Source: Octopus bimaculoides
Lineage: Eukaryota
Assembly: GCF_001194135.2 (NCBI RefSeq)
Contig: NC_068993.1
Location: 54,228,346 to 54,291,455, forward strand
Length of the DNA: 63,110 nucleotides
Reading direction: 5' to 3'
Position 1 is the stretch's first letter. Each line of letters begins with the position of its first letter. A model generated the notes under the pieces. That model was given only the letters and a program-made list of their open reading frames with translations, was not told the origin of the DNA and ran no database searches. The translations under genes were made by a program, and so were the position numbers. Positions 25,501 to 34,069 of the stretch are shown one piece after another.

Positions 25501-27045
25501 GTTCATGGTCAGACTCTGTAGCACCGGTATTACTCTGTTTTTTGGGGGTATTTTTACTTGATGCAGTTTTCTTGGAAACATCAATGCTGTTACCATTTGC
25601 AAAACTGGCATTATCACTCTCATGGAATTGGTTCCCATCTGTAGCAGATTTTATGTTTTCGGAATCTACTTTTTGAGCAGCAATAGAACTATCCTCATCA
25701 TTATCATCTTCTTCGTTGCTATTAGTAAATCCATTATCCTCTTCATCATGATCGTCACCGTCGTTGTTGTTGTTGTCATTGTCATCGGAGTCATTGCCCT
25801 GATTCTTTGATATTTCATTTGCCATTTCCATCAAAAGAGACAGTTGTGCAGCAGCATTCTCAGGATCAGGTATCTGTTTGGTGCTGAGGAAACTGTCAGA
25901 ATGGTTACTGACAGGTTCGGCAGTGTCGTCACTGTCAATGTCCATTTTACCTGCAGTTCTCTCACTTTTAATACTGACACTTGATTTCTTCTCTGCATCA
26001 CTTTTAACATCTTTACCTGATTTTTTCTTGCGTTCCACTTTCACATCTGGACTTTTCTTCTCTGTTTTCTGGGAGCGCTTAATCAATGGAATATCATCAA
26101 CAGACAAGTCACTATCGTCATCTTCCTCTTTTTTCACCGATACCCCATCTACTTTATTGTTTGATTTGGAAAATTTCACTTCATTTTTCTCAGATTTCCT
26201 TGGTGATTTTTCATTAGCCTTGTCTTTCGAAGAAACTTTCTCTTCATCTCTCTTTCTAACACTTCTTTCTGATTTATCATTCGATTTTTTCTTTGACAAT
26301 CTTTCTGATTCTTTTTCTTTCTTCTTCCCACTCCGCTCTTCAGTTTTCTCTCTTTTCTTGGGAGTTCTTTCTTCTTCTCTACTGTCCTTCTTCTTCACCT
26401 TCTCCTCCTCTTCATCCTCCTCCATTGCTTTCGTTCCATCATCAGATAAATCTTGATCTTCCAAGAACTTCTCGGCAAGATTATTGGAATTCTTTTGAGG
26501 CGAGACCTTATTTTCTTGTTTCAAAAGATTCCAATCTTTTTCTGAATTCTGGTCTTCGGATTTTTCTCTTTTAACAGATTTTTCCTTGCTGTCTTTGTCA
26601 TTATCAGACACATTGCTCAACTTGCTCTCACCAAGATATTCAATATCATCATCATCATCATCGTCGTCATCTTCATCATTCGAGACAGAGATAACTGAGT
26701 TGGAAATATTATTTACTTTAGAAGCATTTTTCCCTTTACTTTGAGATGACAAATCTTTGTTTTTCTCAGTTTCGTTTTCTCCTTTCAAGCTCTTGAAATC
26801 TTCATCGCTGGAATAAGTTTTACTTTTAGACTGTCTCTTCTCAACCTTTCCCCTTTCTTTGCCACTCAGATTCTTCGTCCCCGATTTCCTATCTGACCCC
26901 AGTGAGGTATTGGATTTCTTCTCCACTTTCTCATCCTTCACCTCAGAGGCAAAGAGAGTCTCTTTTAGAGCCAGGAAATATTTCACAAGACCTTTCTTTA
27001 GTTTCACCACACCCTGGTCTCTTTCAGTCTGCTTCTCACCAGTGG

Positions 27046-27082
<37 letters not shown>

Positions 27083-30000
27083 GTCTGAGACATTTTCTGC
27101 TTCTTTAAGATCACATTTTAATGTGTTTAGCATCAAAGTCATAGAAGTTGTGGCCACCAGTAGCTTTTCAATAACAGTGTCAAGGGTTTTTGCAGTGATG
27201 TTCATCCTTTCATCACAAATTGGAATAACAGGTGTAGCAGCAATTTTTTTACTGGAAGATGCCTGCTTCTCTTCAGCTTTGACTTGTTTGATCTGCATTA
27301 GGTTATCTCGCTTGCGTTCTTCCTCCAATAATTCATAAACTTCATTACACTGTACAACTAGTGCTTTTATTTTGGGAGGATCACAAACATAACATTTCCA
27401 CTTTTCAGAACCTGCAACAAAAGAAGAAAAAGCAAATTAATGGTTTACTGCAAAGATATTAACCCTTTAGCATTTAAACTGACCGTATCCGGCCCAAATA
27501 TTCAATCTGCTTTATATTCAAACCAACCAGATCTGGCCCCTCAAACCAACCCTACCATGTCATTTACAAAATAAAGATTTATATCAGCGAAATGTCAAAG
27601 TTACAAGATAATGCACACTTAATTCAAAACAATGTGCACAAATAAATATTACCGCTGATAGAGTAATCTGAATGCTGAAAGGTTAAACATAAAGATAGAC
27701 AGAGGAACGGCTGTGTGGTTAAGAAACTTACTTTGCAACCACATGATTCTATGGCACCTTGGGGCATGTGTCTTTTACCATAGCTCTGGGCCAAGCCAAC
27801 CAATGCCTTGTGAGTATATCTGGTAGACAGAAAACATATAGAAGCCCGCTCTTTATATATATATATATATATATATAACATGAGAGAGTTAGGGGTTGGG
27901 GGTTCAACCCACTAAGGGACAGTATCTTATCTGTGTGTGTGTGTGTGTGTGTGCATGCGTGTGCGTGTTTGTATCCCACTACCACGTGATAACTGGTGTC
28001 AGTTTGCTTATGCCCCAGTATCTTAGTGATTTGGCAAATTAGACCAACAGAATAAGTACCAGATTTCAAAACTAAGTACAGGGTTCAATTCTGTTTCAAC
28101 AAAACCCTTCAAAGGCCTACAGCTGAAACAAATAAAAGATAAAAATCAGATCCATGCTAATTGTATTGCCGCGAGAATTAAGTTCAACCTTTGATATAAA
28201 ATATTTCCCCCCTCAATGCAAACTACAAAGAGAAAAAGCATTTGAGTATAATAAGCAAAAAGATAAAAATAATCTTACCCCCATCTGTTATAATGAATAA
28301 CTCTGACCGCCCTAAATTCCTTAGGATGCAGCCTTTGCAAAATGCATTGTGACAGAAATCACAGCCTAGTAAGCGACCACCTTCACCACACCATCGGCAC
28401 TGTTCATCTAGACCATCAGCGTCCCGAGAAATTTCACCACTTGTATAATATTTATAACACTTCTGTTGGAGAGAAAACAAGGTAACATCATCACAATTTA
28501 ATAATTAACAGTAGCAATGTACAAAGAACTAATATGTCTATATGACAAACCAGAAGCTTAATATATTTCAATATTGAAATTAAAATAAAGAATTTCCAAG
28601 CTCTCATTTCATCACCACATATTTAAAACTGCTGGAGTTAAAATTTATGGTTTTATTATAAAACAACAAGAACGGGAATAAGGAAGACTATTGCAGTAAA
28701 ATGTTTCAGTTTTTTTTATAAAGATATTGTGATTTACAAAATGCAAAAAAAATTTTTTTTTTAATAGCACAATAAAATACAACCTGCCAATGCAGTGAAG
28801 TGGATGATGATTGGAAGGACATTCAGTTGCAAAACCATGCAGGGAAACAAAAGAAACCAAACACACATACACACTATAACAAAGCTGTTTTTTCTGTGCC
28901 AGACGAGATGCTGTCAGAGAGCTAATTTATTGCCAACACAGACAAATCTGAACATAAAGAAAGAAGATTATCCAGAGAAGATAAATAACGTACCTTACAA
29001 ATCAGCACTTTTAATTTGGGATGCCTTTTCACAGCTCCCTTTTTGGAAGGGTTTAACTGTTTGCCACAAGCTGTACATGTTACAATCGTGCCAATTGATT
29101 TTCCTACAACTAAAATATCAAATCAATCAATTAAAGAGTAAATGAAACAGAAGCAATTCTGTATGCCATACAACAGATGCAACTCTGTATGCCATACAAC
29201 AGATGCAACTCTCTATGCCATACTTTCCGGCATACAAGTCAAATTTTACTGCAAAAAGACANNNNNNNNNNAAAAAAAAAAAAAAAAAAAAAAAAGTCAG
29301 CTGATACCCCAAGATGATTTTTGAAATGCAGCAGGATTTGGAAAGATAATGACGATTTTTGAATGTTTATACGAAATTTTTGCACTATATACTGTCAACT
29401 TGTATGCTAGAAAACACAGCCTAGTTAAAATATAATAAATTAAGTAGACCCACCCAACCCATTCTAACAGAAAGTGAGAAAAGGGACTTGAGAATAAATT
29501 CTCATTTTCACTGTAACAAACTTTTGTCTAAGAATAACACTACTTACAAGATGTTTTCAGATTAGTTCGGCGTTTAGAAGGAATTTCTGAGTTCTTGTTT
29601 TCATCAAGTGGATTGGATTTTTCGAGCGAACCTTCAACAAAGCAAAAAAAAATATTATGAAGAAGAAAAGTAATGCAGAACTCAGACAGAAGTGAGTGAA
29701 ACAAGTGAAATATATTAACATTTGTCTAAGATATACAGATAATCAGCATTGGAAGAACAAAGTGTAATGCGCAATTTAGTCGCATAGTAACTAAGTTTTA
29801 CCTTCAGGTGAATGTGAACGACAACGTTCATCATCACTATCTCCAGGATTCAACTCTGGCTCTCTGGAAGCTTCTGAATCTTTTGTACTCCCTGCAGCAT
29901 CTATTTCTGCACTGGAATCTCCTCCAGATTCTTCTGCAGACGATGATGCCTGTGACTTTCTATTAGCCAGTGGTTTCTTATCCAAAGAAGAACAATTACT

Positions 30001-30967
30001 GAAAATAAACAATATTGTGCCTTTCTATACAAAGTTGTTCAAGAAAAAGAAATAAATATAACATGAAACTATATACATGTAAATTCTAGTTAAGAGTGTA
30101 TTAACAGCTGCCTTGGTATTAATTACATTGATATTAATTTCAAATTGTAAAATACAAAATGAACAGATTGTCACAAGTGATCACCAACATGTATCTATCA
30201 AGCTGACAGAAATTGGATGTAACATGGCTTCTACCCAACCTTCTCCATCTTTAGGAAGTTCTTATAATTTCTTGTGACTACTTTATTTAAAAGTCTCTCT
30301 TAATTGTAACTTAGTTGTCAACATTCATTTTCATCACACAACTATAACATAATTTAACAGTTTGATGTTGGTAAATAAATTTAGATTTATATTGTACATA
30401 AATTTACATTTATAGTGTACATGCTGCATTATTTGTGTCTCAGGAAGTCATCGATCTAAATAGCATATTTACATGCTAAGCATAAAAGAAATTATATACA
30501 CAACTTCTAATAAAATAGGCTTCCTGCAGACCAGTACTTGTGCAAAAAATACAGATACATTTAGTCTGACTTACAATATTTATATACAAGTTCATACAGA
30601 TACTTTACCATAACTACATGTATTTAATCCGTGATATTTAAGCTACAAAAAGGAATAATTTATGTTCACCTTCAGTTTATTCAATTTATGTTCTCAAACA
30701 TACATACAGCAAGTTCTTGATTTTACAATGGCAATGAGATTTTATGTACGAGTTTCAAAAGACAAGAACTTGAATTTAACATTATGATTTCAAAAACACC
30801 AATCAGAGAGAAGCTCTTGTCTAAAGAGCAAACAGTATGATATTCATCTTCTACTACCATTATTCAAGAAACTTCTTCTACTGCCATGATTCAAGAAAAC
30901 AGAATTTAAAAAATGAGATAGTAGATAAAAAAATAGTTTTTATGTTATTTATTAACTGAGCGAGTAA

Positions 30968-31007
<40 letters not shown>

Positions 31008-33332
31008 TAATTGTCTTAATTTTCAACCCTATAATAATATTGTGGTAGAGAGGTAATATAAAAAGATACTCTCGGCATATCATTTTGATGTAGCTATACA
31101 AGCAACTTAGGATGTGTGATGTCAAATATGTAGATATAACTCACAGGCTAGATAATTTATAAAAATATACTATTCTTGTTAATTATTGATAACAATCATT
31201 AATAGAATTTGGATAAGTCTTTTGCCTGAACAATAATAACAATGGGAGATTAGAGGTTTCGGAGGTAAACTGGAAGAAATGCTTCACGAGATAAGGTACA
31301 CTTAGGTCGTGAACGACAAAGCAAAGGACGGGATTGTGAGAACTGGGAATTAGACATTTAGAGAAGGGAGTAAGAATGAGGAAATCAAATTACCTCCTAG
31401 AGGTGCCTTTCCGATCTTTACTCGTACTCTAAAAAAGTAAAAAGGAAACAATATATTAGGATTAGAAGTTCCAAAACAATGAAAAAGACCAAAAGAAGTG
31501 AAGAAATAGAAGAACTAAAATATGAAAGAGTAGTTTATTAAAATAGTTAGTAGGTGAGAAAGGGAAAAAATATGAAGAAGAAAACATTAATACTAAAGAA
31601 ATTATATGTAATAATAGAAGCAAATGGATTGTTTAACCAAAAAATTATTCCAGAAATAAAAATATGCATATTACTCGTTACTAATAAGGGCCCCAAACTA
31701 TTTTTTTAAAAATATTAATTTATTTTTGTAAAACCATGAATCAATTAGTCCAAGTAGAATCACAGATATTCTAAGAATAAAGAAATAAATAAATTCTAAA
31801 CCACAGCAAAAAAATATCAGAAAAAAGGAGCAGGAAAAAAACCTGCTGAAGAAATAGAATCAAAGTATTGTTTCTTGGCAAAGTGTTCAAGAGAATTGGT
31901 GAAAGAAGAATAAAATTCAACATTTCAAAATATTTCTAAAAGAGACAAGGGGAACAGTGAAAAAGTTTTAATATACTTAGGGATAAGATACAGTTTATAA
32001 CTACCAAACTCTCAACAGTGAAGTCTACTGATAATCAGAACGCCAGCACAAGTCTCAGTTAATTGCAGACAATCCTATTAGCCGAAAGTTTTTCATAAAA
32101 TAAGGTATATTGGTATGAGCAAAACGTTTAAGAAATCACTTAGATAAGACTTACTGATCATTAATAAAACTAAGAAAAACTATATTTTGTATTAAAATAG
32201 AAACAACCATATGGATATTAAAGATATAGGTAAATTAAAATGTAAAAACATTTGCTCAATGAAACCAGCAAGGATAAAGTTTATTTCTCTCACTACAAAA
32301 CATTATAGAAAACAATAAAGTTCTCAGACCATGAATCTTATGCTACATCTTAAATAATGTTTATTAAAACAATTACAAACTAAATTGTGGAAGGTATTTC
32401 ACACTAATAACAGCCCATTGTTTCACTTCAAGTTTGGGATGAGGAATTCAACAGCTAACAGAAGTGTTAAAACAAAAATATAATGCAATGTAAAGACATG
32501 TTGAATGAGAAGTGATGAATTTGGTCAACAGTGACTCTAGACAAAATGGCAGGGTTTAGTGTTGTACCAAAACAATATTGCCACATTAGATGTGCATAAA
32601 AATTCATCATGAAATTTCTTAATGTGAAATTTATTTGTACTGAAGTGTAATAGAGGAACCATTTTAGAAACCATCCAATATTGTAAAATGTAAAGATAAG
32701 TAAAAAGAACCTTCAAAATATTTCCATTAAAATCTCACCACCATCCTCTATTTACCATCACTAGTCACCACAGGTTAATTTTGCTATGCTTTCCTAATTT
32801 TAAAAGCCTTTGTTAGTTTTATTGTAGTTATTATCGAGTAGACATGTGACTAAACTTTAGCTAAAAAATACTTTAATGTTCAATCAAAATGCTATCCTAA
32901 AAACTAAAATATCATTGTGCTCTAAAGATATGTTTTAGTTCTTATCAAAAGTATTTATATAGAAAAAAAATCATATTGTTAACAGACTAATGAACAAACT
33001 TTCAGCATATTGTATCACAAATATATATAAACAGACTTTTTTTTTTTTTACTGATTAATGCTAAAGTTGTTTTCCTGACAACCATACAAAACACCAATAT
33101 CTAAAGCCTATAAAGTTCTCTCTCTCTGTACAAATTTTCAGTACCATTAAGAAAATTGTTCCAAGTGATTTGGAATAACTGAAGACATATTTATAAAGCC
33201 GGAATGGAATTAACAACTCACTGAACTGAAAGTTAGTCATTAACAGATGTTAGTAAGAAAATCTTTGGAAGCACTGGAGACAATGCAAGAGTGTGAGAAA
33301 CAATTCTAAAAGATACTTACAGCAGTTGACAT
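4321..33332 (-). CDS. ATRX: ATRX, SNF2-family chromatin remodeller with ADD domain; 31 coding exons, about 2342 aa
   Basis: Hand-spliced exons with GT-AG sites and matching phases sum to 7029 nt. ADD: [42 protein letters not shown]2 motifs: [61 protein letters not shown]. Confidence 0.97.
4692..4784 (-). CDS. ATRX: ATRX exon 30 ([17 protein letters not shown])
   Basis: ttttttcctcag acceptor, CAG|gtaagg donor. Confidence 0.88.
5016..5218. mobile_element. piggyBac-like MITE, family B, diverged
   Basis: TTAA flanks, CCTTTTGTTACC / GGTACCAAAAGGG ends, internal similarity to 38175. Confidence 0.7.
5278..5515 (-). mobile_element. (GAT)n-tailed retroposon fragment
   Basis: Reverse complement of 168-417. 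Confidence 0.78.
6201..6379 (-). CDS. ATRX: ATRX exon 29, M/Q/N-rich
   Basis: gtgattcag acceptor, TTA|gtaagt donor, phase 1 to 0. Confidence 0.88.
6546..7261. mobile_element. MITE with GGATC termini, spans an N gap
   Basis: About 36-bp perfect TIR (ggatcttttttaaaacgggggccacatttttcatta) and 8-bp TSD AGAAAATT on both sides. Confidence 0.85.
6819..7209. other. Assembly gap (other gaps at 10060-10085 and 29262-29271)
   Basis: Run of N. The ORFs listed across it are artefacts. Confidence 0.99.
7530..7680 (+). mobile_element. SINE family A 3' fragment
   Basis: GCCTTTCATCCTTTCGGGGTC..GGGGATCGATCTAAT. Confidence 0.72.
7737..7946. mobile_element. Tigger/pogo-type MITE
   Basis: CAGTAATCCCT / AGGGATTACTG TIRs, TA TSD. 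Confidence 0.85.
8035..8200 (+). mobile_element. SINE family A copy
   Basis: GTTCTGAGTTCAAA..CTTTGCCTTTCATCC. Confidence 0.72.
8230..8395 (-). CDS. ATRX: ATRX exon 28 ([21 protein letters not shown])
   Basis: Conserved ATRX/ARIP4 C-terminal motif. Confidence 0.96.
8599..8875 (-). mobile_element. tRNA-headed SINE with Penelope-like hammerhead-bearing tail
   Basis: Minus strand from 8823: A box TGGCGTAGTGG, B box GAGTTCGATTCC, (AAT)n spacer, then CTGATGA..GAAAC. An inverted copy of the tail lies at 8825-8842. Confidence 0.75.
8640..8690 (-). ncRNA. Minimal type I hammerhead ribozyme motif, probably inactive in this copy
   Basis: GACAC-CUGAUGA-A-GGCUG(10 nt)CAGUC-GAAAC-GUU. Core boxes and stem II are intact, stem III is palindromic (AACGUU), and no 3' strand for stem I is evident. 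Confidence 0.55.
8896..9081 (-). CDS. ATRX: ATRX exon 27 ([16 protein letters not shown])
   Basis: Conserved segment after motif VI. Confidence 0.97.
9199..9376 (-). CDS. ATRX: ATRX exon 26, motifs V-VI ([22 protein letters not shown])
   Basis: Motifs V and VI. Confidence 0.97.
9842..10059 (-). mobile_element. (GAT)n-tailed retroposon fragment
   Basis: (CAT)n followed by family sequence, running into an N gap. Confidence 0.7.
10164..10303 (-). CDS. ATRX: ATRX exon 25 ([18 protein letters not shown])
   Basis: Conserved helicase C segment. Confidence 0.96.
10896..11025 (-). CDS. ATRX: ATRX exon 24, motif IV ([17 protein letters not shown])
   Basis: Motif IV, canonical splice sites. Confidence 0.96.
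11245..11880 (+). pseudogene. Penelope-like element remnant (GIY-YIG endonuclease end plus pyrimidine-rich 3' region)
   Basis: 11277-11390 reads [17 protein letters not shown]/(frameshift)[14 protein letters not shown], resembling the PLE consensus LYIGETGRxLxDRFREHLRD..PVAxHFN. Confidence 0.55.
12296..12458 (-). CDS. ATRX: ATRX exon 23 (EWW..SGKL..EEIGDKV)
   Basis: Start of the helicase C lobe. Confidence 0.95.
12602..12701. repeat. 34-bp tandem repeat, 3 copies
   Basis: ggataacatcagaattgtaaatagataacataat starting at 12602, 12636 and 12670. Confidence 0.92.
13019..13086 (-). CDS. ATRX: ATRX exon 22 ([19 protein letters not shown])
   Basis: gtttcag acceptor, G|gtgagt donor, phase 2 to 1. 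Confidence 0.88.
13336..13486 (+). mobile_element. (GAT)n-tailed retroposon fragment
   Basis: AAAAGCACCCA..GCCAGCATGGAAAACAGACATT..(GAT)n. Confidence 0.7.
14314..14498 (-). CDS. ATRX: ATRX exon 21, acidic insertion (DMDSFIDDD..)
   Basis: tttttcag acceptor, GG|gtgagg donor, phase 0 to 2. Confidence 0.9.
14966..15208 (-). CDS. ATRX: ATRX exon 20 ([22 protein letters not shown])
   Basis: Conserved SNF2 segment, phase 0 to 0. Confidence 0.96.
15441..15565 (-). mobile_element. (GAT)n-tailed retroposon fragment
   Basis: Family similarity. Confidence 0.65.
15593..15808. mobile_element. piggyBac-like MITE, family A, opposite orientation
   Basis: TTAA|CCCTTTAGCAT start, internal similarity to 1351 and 27463. 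Confidence 0.7.
16173..16348 (-). CDS. ATRX: ATRX exon 19 ([19 protein letters not shown])
   Basis: Conserved SNF2 segment. Confidence 0.96.
17227..17364 (-). CDS. ATRX: ATRX exon 18, Walker B and motif III ([20 protein letters not shown])
   Basis: DExH box and motif III. Confidence 0.97.
18136..18313 (-). CDS. ATRX: ATRX exon 17 ([20 protein letters not shown])
   Basis: Conserved ATRX segment, phase 0 to 1. Confidence 0.96.
18625..18770 (-). mobile_element. SINE family A copy
   Basis: Reverse complement of the family A core. Confidence 0.62.
18901..19038 (-). CDS. ATRX: ATRX exon 16, motif Ia ([12 protein letters not shown])
   Basis: Motif Ia, canonical splice sites. Confidence 0.96.
19136..19245 (-). 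CDS. ATRX: ATRX exon 15, Walker A ([14 protein letters not shown])
   Basis: Helicase motif I. Confidence 0.97.
19375..19519 (-). CDS. ATRX: ATRX exon 14 (..[11 protein letters not shown])
   Basis: SNF2 Q-motif LKPHQ, canonical splice sites. Confidence 0.95.
19701..19853 (-). CDS. ATRX: ATRX exon 13 ([21 protein letters not shown])
   Basis: Conserved helix before the ATPase domain, canonical splice sites. Confidence 0.95.
20182..20470 (-). CDS. ATRX: ATRX exon 12, acidic/basic tract (..[18 protein letters not shown]..)
   Basis: tattatttag acceptor, GAT|gtaagt donor, phase 2 to 0. Confidence 0.9.
21020..21145 (-). mobile_element. (GAT)n-tailed retroposon fragment
   Basis: Family similarity. 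Confidence 0.62.
21655..21805 (-). CDS. ATRX: ATRX exon 11 (..[15 protein letters not shown]..)
   Basis: ttttattcccccaccag acceptor, AG|gtaagt donor, RLLRxKL motif, phase 1 to 2. Confidence 0.88.
21925..22042 (-). CDS. ATRX: ATRX exon 10 ([17 protein letters not shown])
   Basis: Acidic open frame, ctgcag acceptor, G|gtatct donor, phase 0 to 1. Confidence 0.85.
22910..23001 (-). CDS. ATRX: ATRX exon 9 (ANAGENN..EEKSIKE)
   Basis: tttttttgcag acceptor, gttagt donor, phase 1 to 0. Confidence 0.85.
23123..23413 (-). CDS. ATRX: ATRX exon 8 (..[17 protein letters not shown]..)
   Basis: K-rich open frame, acceptor tttctctttaaaag (an in-frame alternative AG lies a little upstream), donor G|gtttgt. 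Confidence 0.85.
24507..24690 (-). mobile_element. (GAT)n-tailed retroposon fragment
   Basis: CATGCTGGCATGGGTTGGACAGCTTGAC..GGATGCC. Confidence 0.7.
24967..27411 (-). CDS. ATRX: ATRX exon 7 (2445 nt): end of ADD (WKCYVCDP) plus charged low-complexity linker
   Basis: 788-aa ORF extends upstream to acceptor ttttgttgcag, donor G|gttagt, phase 1 to 1. Confidence 0.95.
27048..27077 (-). repeat. Coding (GCA)10 microsatellite encoding poly-Ala10
   Basis: Ten uninterrupted GCA units on the plus strand, inside exon 7. Confidence 0.95.
27463..27682. mobile_element. piggyBac-like MITE, family A
   Basis: TTAA|CCCTTTAGCATTT ... AATGCTGAAAGG|TTAA. Confidence 0.8.
27701..28110 (+). mobile_element. SINE family B copy
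   Basis: Shares GCACCTTGGG..TGTCTT..GCCTTGTGAGT..GGTAGAC with 39316. Confidence 0.75.
28279..28462 (-). CDS. ATRX: ATRX exon 6, ADD PHD finger ([36 protein letters not shown])
   Basis: Close match to the ATRX ADD signature, canonical splice sites. Confidence 0.97.
28994..29109 (-). CDS. ATRX: ATRX exon 5, ADD GATA-like finger ([20 protein letters not shown])
   Basis: Matches the ADD N-terminal finger. Acceptor gatattttag, donor AAG|gtacg. Confidence 0.93.
29150..29223. repeat. 26-bp tandem repeat, about 2.5 copies
   Basis: ctgtatgccatacaacagatgcaact at 29159, 29185 and 29211. Confidence 0.88.
29548..29631 (-). CDS. ATRX: ATRX exon 4 ([13 protein letters not shown])
   Basis: ttgctttgttgaag acceptor, T|gtaagt donor, 84 nt, phase 1 to 1. 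Confidence 0.8.
29802..29998 (-). CDS. ATRX: ATRX exon 3 ([14 protein letters not shown])
   Basis: tttattttcag acceptor, G|gtaaaa donor, open S/D/E-rich frame, phase 2 to 1. Confidence 0.8.
31394..31428 (-). CDS. ATRX: ATRX exon 2, 35-nt micro-exon ([11 protein letters not shown])
   Basis: Acceptor tttcctttttacttttttag, donor AG|gtaatt. Converts phase 0 to phase 2, which exon 3 requires. Confidence 0.7.
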
Positions 33333-33416
33333 CTTTAAGTACTAGTTAGAAGTACTTGAAGTTGTTAATGTAAGAATCTATGTTATCCACAGTCCAACCA
33401 TGGAGACGGATAACAC
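33321..33416 (-). CDS. ATRX: ATRX coding exon 1: 5'UTR 33416-33333, then MSTA (ATG at 33332)
   Basis: Strong acceptor ttcttttcctttctctctccag and donor GCT|gtaagt. In-frame TAG 4 codons upstream of the ATG. Phase 0 fits the next exon. Confidence 0.7.
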
Positions 33417-34069
33417 CTGGAGAGAGAAAGGAAAAGAATAGAATAACTATGTGCATGTGTGCTCACTTGCATGTGTGTGCATACATGCATGCATGTCTCT
33501 TCATGTGCATGTGTGCTTGCTTTGAGAGATGAAAACATGATTTTTTTAAAATGAAAAACTTAATGGTTTATTGCATTACCTATCAATGAAACTGTTAAAT
33601 ATTAAAAATTTAACAGTTTTAACAATACTTTCATTACATTAATGGGCTTTTTTTAAATTAAGTATTAAGTTGGATTCAGTGAGCAAGCTGTTCGGAGACG
33701 GCTAGATTATTTAAACAAATATATATACGTCATATATTATTTTGTGGGGTAAAATATTGAACTACTGCACAGAACAGTTTGGATTAATCATGTAAAATTC
33801 AATGTTCAGTAACTAAATATGTGTGTTGTTTCAACAATGATCATTTTAAGAATAAAACCTTGGTGACTGACGATTTAATAGCTGGGAGGAAGGATTAGCA
33901 TGTAAAGAAATTATATAGAAGTGGGGCAATCTCAATACACACTTAAAATGATCGGATGAAATGGAAGAAATGATAAAATGGTTGTTATAATGTAGCTTAA
34001 AATGTAGAGTGAATTTATCCACCAGAGATTAATTTTTTGATTCACACGAGGCACAGGAATAGCTGTGTG

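Noticed and set aside
25080-27338. Several plus-strand ORFs (S/F/L-rich, poly-A)
   Set aside because: Antisense shadows of the low-complexity ATRX exon 7.
32512-32610. RTGATGA box C-like motifs on both strands forming an 11-bp inverted repeat
   Set aside because: No correctly placed box D (CTGA) on the host-gene strand, so a C/D snoRNA is not supported.
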